A DNA stretch of 45,753 nt from an uncultured Candidatus Saccharibacteria bacterium (GCA_964616145.1 CAZTRD010000004.1:17777-63529), one strand, 5' to 3'; positions 36,792-44,260 are shown, numbered from the stretch's first letter. Notes: generated by a model not told the origin, from the sequence alone. Translations and numbers: made by a program.

Positions 36792-36816
36792 GCAAATTGT
36801 AAAAAGGAGAAAGTAG

Positions 36817-37335
36817 ATGAAGGTTTCTGTGAGTGAAGCTCTACGTTTGAAAAATGAAATTATAAAGATGGTGCATACGACCTTAGGAGATACCCGTATA
36901 GCTGAATACGGTGTTACTACTGAAGATGATAAACCTGTTACGGAAAGAGAAAGTTGTGAGAAGTTTCCAGAAGTATATGCTAAACTTTGTAAGATCTTTT
37001 CTATAAGTCATCAAATAAATTCCGTATTAGCTAAATATGATGTGGAAAGCGGCATTTCAGATTTGGTTAGATCCTTAAAGAATAACGAAGCATTGCTTAC
37101 GGTTTTAACCGATGCTTTAAGATTAAAAGATAGCACACAGATTACGTATCAAGCTATAGGGAATAAGAGAGTAGAAGTTAAGAGGCATTTCACTCCTTAC
37201 GTTCCTATAAAAGAGATTAAGTGTAAGATAACTCTTTTGAAGAAGGAGATAAGAGATATAAAAAGAGATATAGATAAGAAAAATTTGGAAACTATAGAAC
37301 TTCCATTCGAACATACGGAACTGGATTCTTTCTAA
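36817..37335 (+). CDS. DIP1984/DUF6847 (septicolysin-like) coiled-coil protein
   Basis: N-terminal VSEALRLKNEI and C-terminal IDKKNLETIEL match the recalled family pattern; AAGGAG RBS. Confidence 0.6.
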   Translation: MKVSVSEALRLKNEIIKMVHTTLGDTRIAEYGVTTEDDKPVTERESCEKFPEVYAKLCKIFSISHQINSVLAKYDVESGISDLVRSLKNNEALLTVLTDALRLKDSTQITYQAIGNKRVEVKRHFTPYVPIKEIKCKITLLKKEIRDIKRDIDKKNLETIELPFEHTELDSF

Positions 37336-37342
37336 GAGATTT

Positions 37343-37578
37343 TGTAAATCCTGGTTACTACGAATAGGTGTCTAACCGAATTTAGACTAGGGTTCTCCAC
37401 ACCGAATTGAGGAGAGGTTAGCTCTTTCATCCATAAAATTGCATTTGCATTAATTTTTTTAGAAAAATTAAAATACTGATGTAAAATGTAAAGAGTAAAC
37501 TGTAATACGTACTGACTGTTTACAGTCGCGTTAAACGTAGAATGTATGCACGTGACTTTCCGAAAACCAGGATTTACA
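37343..37578 (+). ncRNA. candidate structured RNA with repeated loops and phased 7-nt repeats
   Basis: Perfect 14-bp terminal stem TGTAAATCCTGGTT/AACCAGGATTTACA; two CCGAAT-loop hairpins; GTA every 7 nt. Confidence 0.7.
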
Positions 37579-37591
37579 TATTTTTATATAA

Positions 37592-37610
37592 AAAGTGCAC
37601 AAAAGTGCAC
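37592..37610. promoter_or_regulatory. AAAGTGCACAAAAGTGCAC motif, copy 2
   Basis: Identical to 5973-5991. Confidence 0.5.
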
Positions 37611-37618
37611 TTAAAATT

Positions 37619-37693
37619 GTGACCGTAGCTCAATTGGCTAGAGCGCTCGGATGTGGCCCGGGAGGTTGCTGGGTTCAAGTCCCGCCGGTCACC
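37619..37693 (+). tRNA. tRNA-His(GTG), no encoded G-1, bulged T-stem
   Basis: GTGACCG/CGGTCAC-C; CTCGG-ATGTGGC-CCGGG. Confidence 0.8.
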
Positions 37694-37848
37694 TTATAGA
37701 TTTTGGGTACCTGGAAAGATGTTTGGTTGTTTACCTGATTGCGTGTGTGGTATTAAATGATTTTCTATTTTATAGAAAATAACGAAGATAATGACGCAGT
37801 GTCTTCACATGTCTCCAAACATCCTTTCCAATTTTTTAAGGAAAAAGT

Positions 37849-38244
37849 ATGAATGTTACCGACTTTGTTGAACAAGCTAAGAAATATAGAGAAGCTGTTA
37901 GAGAAGTTAATGAAAAAGTAAAAAAGGATCTCGCATTCAATCCGATGGAGTGTAGAATTCATAGGGGGAACTTCGCAGCTCTGATCTATTTCGAAGAATG
38001 GGATGGGAGTATTCTCATTCAAGTAGGTACAGAGGATGTTATATTGGATACTACATATACGAAACCAGTTCCTAATACTACCTTCCCTGTTTCTGGAATA
38101 ACTACTGAATTTCTAGAGCTTCTGGATAGTAAATTTAAAGAAGCTATAAACTGGGTTCAAGGAAAAGCAGAAAACTTTCCTACAGATGATTGCGAAAAGA
38201 AGCATAAGAAAAGGGCTAGGAAGGCGTTGAAGGATAGAGTTTAA
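37849..38244 (+). CDS. hypothetical protein
   Basis: AAGGA RBS, 131 aa. Confidence 0.75.
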   Translation: MNVTDFVEQAKKYREAVREVNEKVKKDLAFNPMECRIHRGNFAALIYFEEWDGSILIQVGTEDVILDTTYTKPVPNTTFPVSGITTEFLELLDSKFKEAINWVQGKAENFPTDDCEKKHKKRARKALKDRV

Positions 38245-38261
38245 GTTTTTAGGAGGTTTTT

Positions 38262-38594
38262 ATGCGTTCTTTAGAACAACCTAAAGAATATACTCAGAAA
38301 GCAGATATTCAGGACATTTTAGTAAAAAACATAAATAAGTTTGTTATGGTTAGAGGATACTTCTTTGCAATTAAAGGTATATTAAAAGAACTTACCAAAG
38401 TTCTTTCTAACGAATTAGCTTTGGAACATAGAAAACTTTCTGAAGGGTTTTTGGAAAAGAACGGATCTTTTGTTGTATCGGTTAAAAATGGAAGAAATTT
38501 GGCTAATGTAGTTGTTTTTGCAGATAGTATTATTTCCATAGCCTCCCAAGATGATTTACCGATTGTTATAAGGACAAAGATGCCTGGAAAATAA
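38262..38594 (+). CDS. hypothetical protein
   Basis: AGGAGG RBS, 110 aa. Confidence 0.75.
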   Translation: MRSLEQPKEYTQKADIQDILVKNINKFVMVRGYFFAIKGILKELTKVLSNELALEHRKLSEGFLEKNGSFVVSVKNGRNLANVVVFADSIISIASQDDLPIVIRTKMPGK

Positions 38595-38687
38595 GAGCGG
38601 GCTGCTAAGATTGGTGGTTTAGCGCTGGTCTGTAAAACCAGTCCCTTAGGGTATATAACAATGTAGGTCCGATTCCTACCCCGCTCA
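38595..38687 (+). tRNA. tRNA-Tyr(GTA)
   Basis: GAGCGGG/CCCGCTC-A; CTGGT-CTGTAAA-ACCAG; long variable region; T-loop TCCGATT. Confidence 0.85.
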
Positions 38688-38698
38688 GGGAGAAGAAT

Positions 38699-38899
38699 AT
38701 GAAGGTGTATGATTGGCATATACTATGTAGATGTTTGGATGAATGTGTTTGTGGAGGATATCCGGGAGCTCTGCATACATTTTCTAAAAAGATATGTGTA
38801 GAGTGTCCTAGATGTGGTAAGCATACTTCTTACGGAGAATCTTGGGAATGTATGGTGGAGTGGAATAAGAAAATACGTAAGGAAAAGTTAAAAGAATGA
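38699..38899 (+). CDS. small Zn-ribbon protein (Lar-like)
   Basis: CVCGG...VECPRCG...EWN. Confidence 0.6.
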   Translation: MKVYDWHILCRCLDECVCGGYPGALHTFSKKICVECPRCGKHTSYGESWECMVEWNKKIRKEKLKE

Positions 38900-39159
38900 T
38901 GTTTACCATACTGTTTGAGAGTAAATTTCCTTCTAGGAGGGAGTTTAAACTTATATTTTATAAGGAGAAAGGCTGTTGGATAACTATATGTGATGGAAAA
39001 CATGTTAATATGAAAGAAGAGGTGTTTAAGTTTAAATATCCTCAAAACAAAGAGGTACTAAGTAGACTCCTCAACTACGCATATGTTACCGGAAATTTAG
39101 CAGAATATGCTGAATTTAGAAAATGGTTTATAAATGAATTGGCTGCAGAACTTTTGTAA
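38896..39159 (+). CDS. small paralog-family protein with shared C-terminal tail (...KWFINELAAELL)
   Basis: Similar to 31876 and 32118 (W[IV]x motif, FxKW[FY]). Confidence 0.75.
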   Translation: MMFTILFESKFPSRREFKLIFYKEKGCWITICDGKHVNMKEEVFKFKYPQNKEVLSRLLNYAYVTGNLAEYAEFRKWFINELAAELL

Positions 39160-39170
39160 GGAGAAAGTAG

Positions 39171-39506
39171 ATGGAAATTAATGTTGACGAAAAGGATGAT
39201 TGTAGGATAACGATTGATAAGCTGACTGATGAAGAAGAAGCCCTCCTTCTTCGAGAAGGTATACGTTCTTTTATAAACGATGTTCCTGAATATAGGGATA
39301 GTGTTTTAGTAATGAATCCGGAAGCTCTCCCTAGTTCTTCAGAAGTTAAGCATATAGAACTTAGCGATGATATGTGTTCAGTACTTCTCGCTAAAGGAAT
39401 TGTTTCTGCATTGGAAAGAACTCTTGAAACAGTTTCTAAACTAGAAAAAGATACGGAAAGTGTAAAAGACGAATGTGCGGAATGTTCGGATAAAGATAAG
39501 GAGTAA
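39171..39506 (+). CDS. hypothetical acidic protein
   Basis: AAGGAG RBS. Confidence 0.75.
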   Translation: MEINVDEKDDCRITIDKLTDEEEALLLREGIRSFINDVPEYRDSVLVMNPEALPSSSEVKHIELSDDMCSVLLAKGIVSALERTLETVSKLEKDTESVKDECAECSDKDKE

Positions 39507-39508
39507 AC

Positions 39509-39733
39509 ATGTTTATTTTCATTTCGATTTGGTTGCTTTTAGGAATAGTATGTGGTCTAATAGGTCAGAGTAAGATAAATGCAGATAATAAGAATATAGG
39601 GATGTTGGATCTGTATGTGGCGGCTTTAAGCCCTATCTTTGGTCCTCTAGCTCTCTTCACTCCAAAAATTGCAAGGAAAGATAAAACGGATGGGTGTACA
39701 GACGGAAGTTGCGAAGACAGTCCCAAAGTATAA
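39509..39733 (+). CDS. small membrane protein
   Basis: Two hydrophobic segments, AAGGAG RBS. Confidence 0.65.
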   Translation: MFIFISIWLLLGIVCGLIGQSKINADNKNIGMLDLYVAALSPIFGPLALFTPKIARKDKTDGCTDGSCEDSPKV

Positions 39734-39866
39734 CGGTATAGTAGATATACTAAAACAGAGTGGATGGGTATTTAAAGGAAATGGCTTTTGGCTTGATCCT
39801 ATTAGTGGTAAGAGATATTTAACAAGTGATGCTATAAAGATGGCTTCTGTTAGAAAATCTAAATAG
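39690..39866 (+). CDS. hypothetical protein
   Basis: In-frame ATG within track ORF 39669..39866. Confidence 0.55.
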   Translation: MGVQTEVAKTVPKYNGIVDILKQSGWVFKGNGFWLDPISGKRYLTSDAIKMASVRKSK

Positions 39867-39872
39867 ATTTTT

Positions 39873-39955
39873 GGGCGAATGGTGGAACTGGAGATACACA
39901 CTGGACTTAGGTTCCAGTCCTTAAATGGATGGGGGTTCGAGTCCCCCTTCGCCTA
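39873..39955 (+). tRNA. tRNA-Leu(TAG)
   Basis: GGGCGAA/TTCGCCT-A; CTGGA-CTTAGGT-TCCAG; V-arm. Confidence 0.92.
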
Positions 39956-39990
39956 CTATATGTTACTGTTTAAAAACGAAGGAAATTACA

Positions 39991-40221
39991 ATGCCTAGGA
40001 TTAAAGCACATGTTGGTGAGAAGAATGAAACTCAGTGCATGGTATATCACAAAGACTCTTCATTTATATATTACAGACCCCCGGATACTCAACTTAAGCA
40101 TTTCGGACGTTTTTTGACACTAAGGATTGGCGGAAAACGTTCTGCAGTTCAAATAGTTCTTAAGGGCAGAGAGATTAATTCTCTTAAGAAAATTCTAGAA
40201 AAAGTTGGTGAATTAGACTAA
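39991..40221 (+). CDS. hypothetical protein
   Basis: AAGGA RBS before ATG 39991 (track start overlaps a tRNA). Confidence 0.7.
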   Translation: MPRIKAHVGEKNETQCMVYHKDSSFIYYRPPDTQLKHFGRFLTLRIGGKRSAVQIVLKGREINSLKKILEKVGELD

Positions 40222-40223
40222 AG

Positions 40224-40565
40224 TATAGGTACTTATCGTAAATATTAGAAGGAGTGATGCAACTTTATTTACGTATGAGCTCCAAAGATTACATATAAAT
40301 TGGATACGTTGTGTCCTGGACAATAAACACAATTCCTTTTTGTATGCAATAAGATGTCAAAACTATTGTTAAAACTAGTTTGAACCTTACGAGGTATAAA
40401 ACTGAGCGGAGTAAATATCCCCGTTGTTTTGAATGAACTATAACATATGTCCAGGGGTAGAGTATGTTGTTATTCAAACGGCTTTTCGAAGCTTATCTTT
40501 TTATTACTTAAGCATCTACGACATCTAAGAGACTTGATCGTTTTCAAGCTTTGGAGGTACTTATA
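40224..40565 (+). ncRNA. candidate large (~340 nt) structured RNA
   Basis: Nested closing stems, two UNCG hairpins and a potential pseudoknot; no convincing ORF. Confidence 0.65.
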
Positions 40566-40571
40566 AATTAA

Positions 40572-40642
40572 GCGTTATTGATGTAATGGTAGCATAAGAC
40601 CCTTCCATGGTTTATGTATCGGTTCGAATCCGATATAACGCT
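40572..40642 (+). tRNA. tRNA-Gly(TCC)
   Basis: GCGTTAT/ATAACGC-T; AGACC-CTTCCAT-GGTTT. Confidence 0.9.
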
Positions 40643-40658
40643 CTGTAAAGGATTTAAA

Positions 40659-41498
40659 ATGGAAATTTTGGATGATTTTTTCTTTATAGCCCCGGCAATC
40701 CCGGAGACTATAGCTTTTCCTATACAAGATAAACGTTTGCAGACTATGTTGGCTTGGTATGCTACAAATAAAGATTTGAACTTAGGTACTGGAGGAAAAG
40801 ACGAGATACGTAGGTTAGATAGCATTTTCGATTTAAAGAATACATTACAATGCCCAATTTGCGAAAGTTTTTACGGTTTGGAGATTGAACGTTTAACAGG
40901 TATATGTGATTCCTGTAAGAAAGAATTAGAAAAAAGAACTATAAAACACAGTCCGACAGAACTTCAACTACACCATAAAGAAGGTGGATATACCAAGCTT
41001 AAAAATGTAGCTTCTGTATTTCGTTCTTGGGAGTGGCGGAAAGTATGCGATGAGGTGATGAAATGTGATGTGATGTGCGCCTGCGATCACACATATTTAA
41101 CGCAGAAATTACGCCCTTTTATGATTTTAAAGAAGAGGGATGATGAGGGGAATAGGGTAATAGAAGTTAAACAGAGAATGGCTGTTGGATGGTGGCAGAG
41201 AAGATTGGAAAGACAGGATGTGGTTTTGAGATGGACTGGCAATAGTATGGCTGGAATTATAAACAAACAGGATGAGCTTACATTATCTTCCGTAGATAAG
41301 TATGCTGATGATATTAGAATTGATGACATTGTTTGGTGCAGTGTTGGTGGATATACGTATTGTCACTTCGTAAAGATGATTCAAACAGGTAAAAATAAAA
41401 ATAGATATTGGATAGAAGATAGGTATGGGAAACCCCAGGGGTTTGCCGATGAAATATACGGAGTAGTTTCAAAAATTAACGGGGAGAAGTATTGTTGA
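40659..41498 (+). CDS. protein with Cys-rich middle and C-terminal S24/S26 peptidase-like domain
   Basis: GNSM...DDIV...CHFVK; CPIC and CDSC pairs. Confidence 0.55.
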   Translation: MEILDDFFFIAPAIPETIAFPIQDKRLQTMLAWYATNKDLNLGTGGKDEIRRLDSIFDLKNTLQCPICESFYGLEIERLTGICDSCKKELEKRTIKHSPTELQLHHKEGGYTKLKNVASVFRSWEWRKVCDEVMKCDVMCACDHTYLTQKLRPFMILKKRDDEGNRVIEVKQRMAVGWWQRRLERQDVVLRWTGNSMAGIINKQDELTLSSVDKYADDIRIDDIVWCSVGGYTYCHFVKMIQTGKNKNRYWIEDRYGKPQGFADEIYGVVSKINGEKYC

Positions 41499-41749
41499 TA
41501 TTTAGTTTATTTAAGAAGAGAGAACATCACAAACATAAATGTGATTCGTGTGGGACAGTTAAGACAGGGATAAATCATTCCCTAGTATATTGTATTTGCG
41601 GGAAAGAGATGAGGAAGTTAAAGGTGAATGTGAAGAAGTTGAGTATATTGTTATTTTTTGTATTGCTGTTCTGTAGTTGTCGGACAACATGTATTAGAGA
41701 TGTGGATAGTGATTACGGAATATATAAAGCTGAGGCGGTAGATAGGTAG
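41492..41749 (+). CDS. hypothetical protein (Zn ribbon plus hydrophobic segment)
   Basis: CDSC..CICG, LLFFVLLFCSC. Confidence 0.55.
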   Translation: MLIFSLFKKREHHKHKCDSCGTVKTGINHSLVYCICGKEMRKLKVNVKKLSILLFFVLLFCSCRTTCIRDVDSDYGIYKAEAVDR

Positions 41750-41757
41750 TTTAATAT

Positions 41758-41844
41758 GCCGGGGTGGCTGAGTGGTCTAAAGCAGCACACCTGTAATGTG
41801 CCGAGTCATTGACTCCATAGGTTCGAATCCTATCTCCGGCTCCA
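41758..41844 (+). tRNA. tRNA-Thr(TGT) with long variable arm and C33 (atypical)
   Basis: GCCGGGG/CTCCGGC-T-CCA; GCACA-CCTGTAA-TGTGC; V-arm GAGTC-ATT-GACTC. Confidence 0.75.
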
Positions 41845-41860
41845 GTTTTAAGGTGTAAAG

Positions 41861-42115
41861 ATGCTTAAGAAAAAAGATTGTGTTATTGGAAATTTGTATA
41901 GAGTTGCGGATAATAATTTATTTATTTTTGAGTTGGGATGCCCTCCTCTTATAGGAAAATCTTGGAAATTATATAAGGGAGCTGCATATAGATTGCTTAA
42001 AGGTCCTTATAAGATTGACAGAAGAATTAATACTGTTGATTTAGAGATTCTCGAAGGTGATGAGAAATGTAGTGCTTATTACTGTGATTTTTTATGGAAA
42101 TCTGTAAAGAATTGA
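41861..42115 (+). CDS. hypothetical protein
   Basis: 84-aa ORF with AAGGT RBS. Confidence 0.7.
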   Translation: MLKKKDCVIGNLYRVADNNLFIFELGCPPLIGKSWKLYKGAAYRLLKGPYKIDRRINTVDLEILEGDEKCSAYYCDFLWKSVKN

Positions 42116-42156
42116 TTATTACATTAAAAACATAAATTTTAATTTGGAATTTAGTA

Positions 42157-42672
42157 ATGGATGTAAAGATTTGTAGTACGGAAGAGTTGTTAGATATCTT
42201 ACAAAACGGTTACGTAGATTCATATGTCATATCTATAAGAGATACTGCGGGATCTTCTCTATATGCTGAAATAGATAAGTATGTTTTAAACTGTATAAAT
42301 CTATTTCACCTATACTTCGATGATATATGGTCTCCAGAGCATTTGTTTTACAACTATCACACTTTAAGATACGGACAGTTGTTGGCATTATTAAAGTGGG
42401 TTTCCGGAAAAAACTCCTTTATTATCCAGTGCACTAGTGGACTAAGTAGATCCGCAGCAATTGCATATGTGATAGGTTGTGGTAGGATGAAGCCAGAAGA
42501 AGCGGCAAAGCTGTTAGATCTGAATAAACATCACCCTAATCCTTTCGTTGTTAAGTTGGGAGCCAAGGTTTTAAATAACCCTTCTATAGAAACATACGGG
42601 TATTCTAATTTTACTATGTTGGATACTAGAGACGATCCTTGTAAAGGTATGCCGGAATTTGTTGAAAGTTAA
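42157..42672 (+). CDS. protein-tyrosine/dual-specificity phosphatase-like protein
   Basis: CX5R loop QCTSGLSRS, upstream YFDD, HPN. Confidence 0.85.
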   Translation: MDVKICSTEELLDILQNGYVDSYVISIRDTAGSSLYAEIDKYVLNCINLFHLYFDDIWSPEHLFYNYHTLRYGQLLALLKWVSGKNSFIIQCTSGLSRSAAIAYVIGCGRMKPEEAAKLLDLNKHHPNPFVVKLGAKVLNNPSIETYGYSNFTMLDTRDDPCKGMPEFVES

Positions 42673-42679
42673 ATAATTT

Positions 42680-42810
42680 GGTTTCCCGAATCGTCCAAAA
42701 CTGTCCCGGAAATCACCAAAAGCAGTTCGTACAGCTTTTCTGATTTTGTCTGATAAGATGAAGATCTGTAGTACAGAGATGTGTGTTCGGACTACACACT
42801 TCGGGAGATC
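42680..42810 (+). ncRNA. candidate tRNA-like structured RNA
   Basis: GGTTTCCCGAA/TTCGGGAGATC closing stem with a stacked GTGTG-TTCGGACTA-CACAC arm. Confidence 0.55.
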
Positions 42811-42829
42811 TATGTTATAAGGAGTTGAG

Positions 42830-43105
42830 ATGAAAGTTTATGTAGTAGCTCACTGCGGTACAAAAGGAATTAGATCGAGAACAATAAAAGTTTTTGATGA
42901 GTTTGATAAGGTTGTGATATATTTATGTATATTAAGGATGGGGGGAATTAGTAAAGAACTTTTAGATGAGTTTTTAAAAGATATTATAGGCAGCACGTCT
43001 TATTTGTATAATGTTTATGAATGTTTTATCAACAATATAGAGGATCCTATTAAAAAATTATCTACTAAAGAGATAGCTTTATTAGCGGAAAGGACTAAGG
43101 TTTAA
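42830..43105 (+). CDS. hypothetical protein
   Basis: AAGGAG RBS. Confidence 0.7.
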   Translation: MKVYVVAHCGTKGIRSRTIKVFDEFDKVVIYLCILRMGGISKELLDEFLKDIIGSTSYLYNVYECFINNIEDPIKKLSTKEIALLAERTKV

Positions 43106-43106
43106 G

Positions 43107-43331
43107 ATGGTAAAGCTTTTATGTTCTTGTAAACATGAGTTTCAGGACGAAAGATACGGGAAGTATATGCGATTACATAATACTGTTGTTAAGCCTTCGG
43201 GAACCGAAGCGCGTTGCACGGTATGTGGGGGAAGGAAGACTATCAAGAAGAAGGTGGTTGAAACGACTCCAGAGGAGAAAGCAGTAGTTAAATCTGCAGA
43301 TAAATCTTCGAAAAAAAGTAAGAGTAAGTAA
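43107..43331 (+). CDS. small Zn-binding phage protein
   Basis: CSCKHEFQD..YG...RCTVCG. Confidence 0.7.
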   Translation: MVKLLCSCKHEFQDERYGKYMRLHNTVVKPSGTEARCTVCGGRKTIKKKVVETTPEEKAVVKSADKSSKKSKSK

Positions 43332-43359
43332 CTGAGTTTGTGTGTGAAGGAGACAGAAG

Positions 43360-43863
43360 ATGGCTAGTTTGACCAAGTATCAAATGCAGCGATTGGAAAA
43401 GATGGTGAAGGATATTTTGAACGAAAAGTTGGATGAATGGGGAAAAAAGCATCCCGCACCTGTTCTAAAGCATATTCCTCATCCTAAAGAAGTTGAAGGA
43501 GGTAAGGATAGAAAAATTGCAAAAATAATTGTAGAGTATTATAGAAACCATATTGAAGAGTTGTTTACTATAATTGAAACACGTGGCTGTTCCTATCGTG
43601 ATTTGGTTGAGAAAAACACTTATGTGAGAGGAGCAATTGATGATATGTATAGGAAAATGGAAATTGCTGAAAAAGAATATGATGAAAAATGTAAGGAGGA
43701 ATATAGGAGACATAATGCTGCTATGGAAGAATGGATGGAAAAAAGAAAAAAGCCTGTTAGTAAACTCATGAATGCTGAAAGAGTATTACTAGAGAAGATG
43801 TTTTTTGAGTCTAAGGATATAACAAAATCTTTGGAAGGTTTGAGAACTTTAAAGATCGATTAA
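43360..43863 (+). CDS. hypothetical helical protein
   Basis: AAGGAG RBS, 167 aa. Confidence 0.75.
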   Translation: MASLTKYQMQRLEKMVKDILNEKLDEWGKKHPAPVLKHIPHPKEVEGGKDRKIAKIIVEYYRNHIEELFTIIETRGCSYRDLVEKNTYVRGAIDDMYRKMEIAEKEYDEKCKEEYRRHNAAMEEWMEKRKKPVSKLMNAERVLLEKMFFESKDITKSLEGLRTLKID

Positions 43864-43866
43864 ATA

Positions 43867-44098
43867 TTTGTATACTTCGGATCTGGCAGACGTTCGTTAA
43901 AGGAAACCCCCAAATTCCGTCTGCTTTTAAATTCTTTTAAAAAACGGGCATAATAGTTTGTATCACTTCAATTTTTGTTTGTTTAGGAACTAAGCTGTGC
44001 TTCTGATTCTGAACATATGTGCAAACTTCTCCATACTTCGGAAAGCTGGAAAAGCGAAAATCTGAAGCTTTTTTGAACGGACATATTGAGTGGGAGAG
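43867..44098 (+). ncRNA. two tandem candidate structured RNAs sharing ATACTTCGGA
   Basis: ATACTTCGGA at 43872 and 44033, each pairing with a downstream TGAA-containing strand; GCAGACG/CGTCTGC stem. Confidence 0.4.
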
Positions 44099-44134
44099 AG
44101 TTGTGATAAAGAATGGTGGTAAAGTAATATACGT

Positions 44135-44212
44135 GCTCCTGTAGCTCAGCCTGGTAGCAGCAACGGTCTTTTAAACCGTAGGGCGTTGGTTCAAATCCAA
44201 CCGGGAGTACCA
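44135..44212 (+). tRNA. tRNA-Lys(TTT)
   Basis: GCTCCTG/CGGGAGT-A-CCA; ACGGT-CTTTTAA-ACCGT. Confidence 0.92.
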
Positions 44213-44260
44213 ATTTCTCGAAATCTATACGCATATATTTTAACATATATAGGTGTTCTT

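Noticed and set aside
37480-37550. CRISPR array
   Set aside because: Repeats are degenerate 7-mers with no spacers and there are no cas genes; no CRISPR-like array was seen anywhere in the window.
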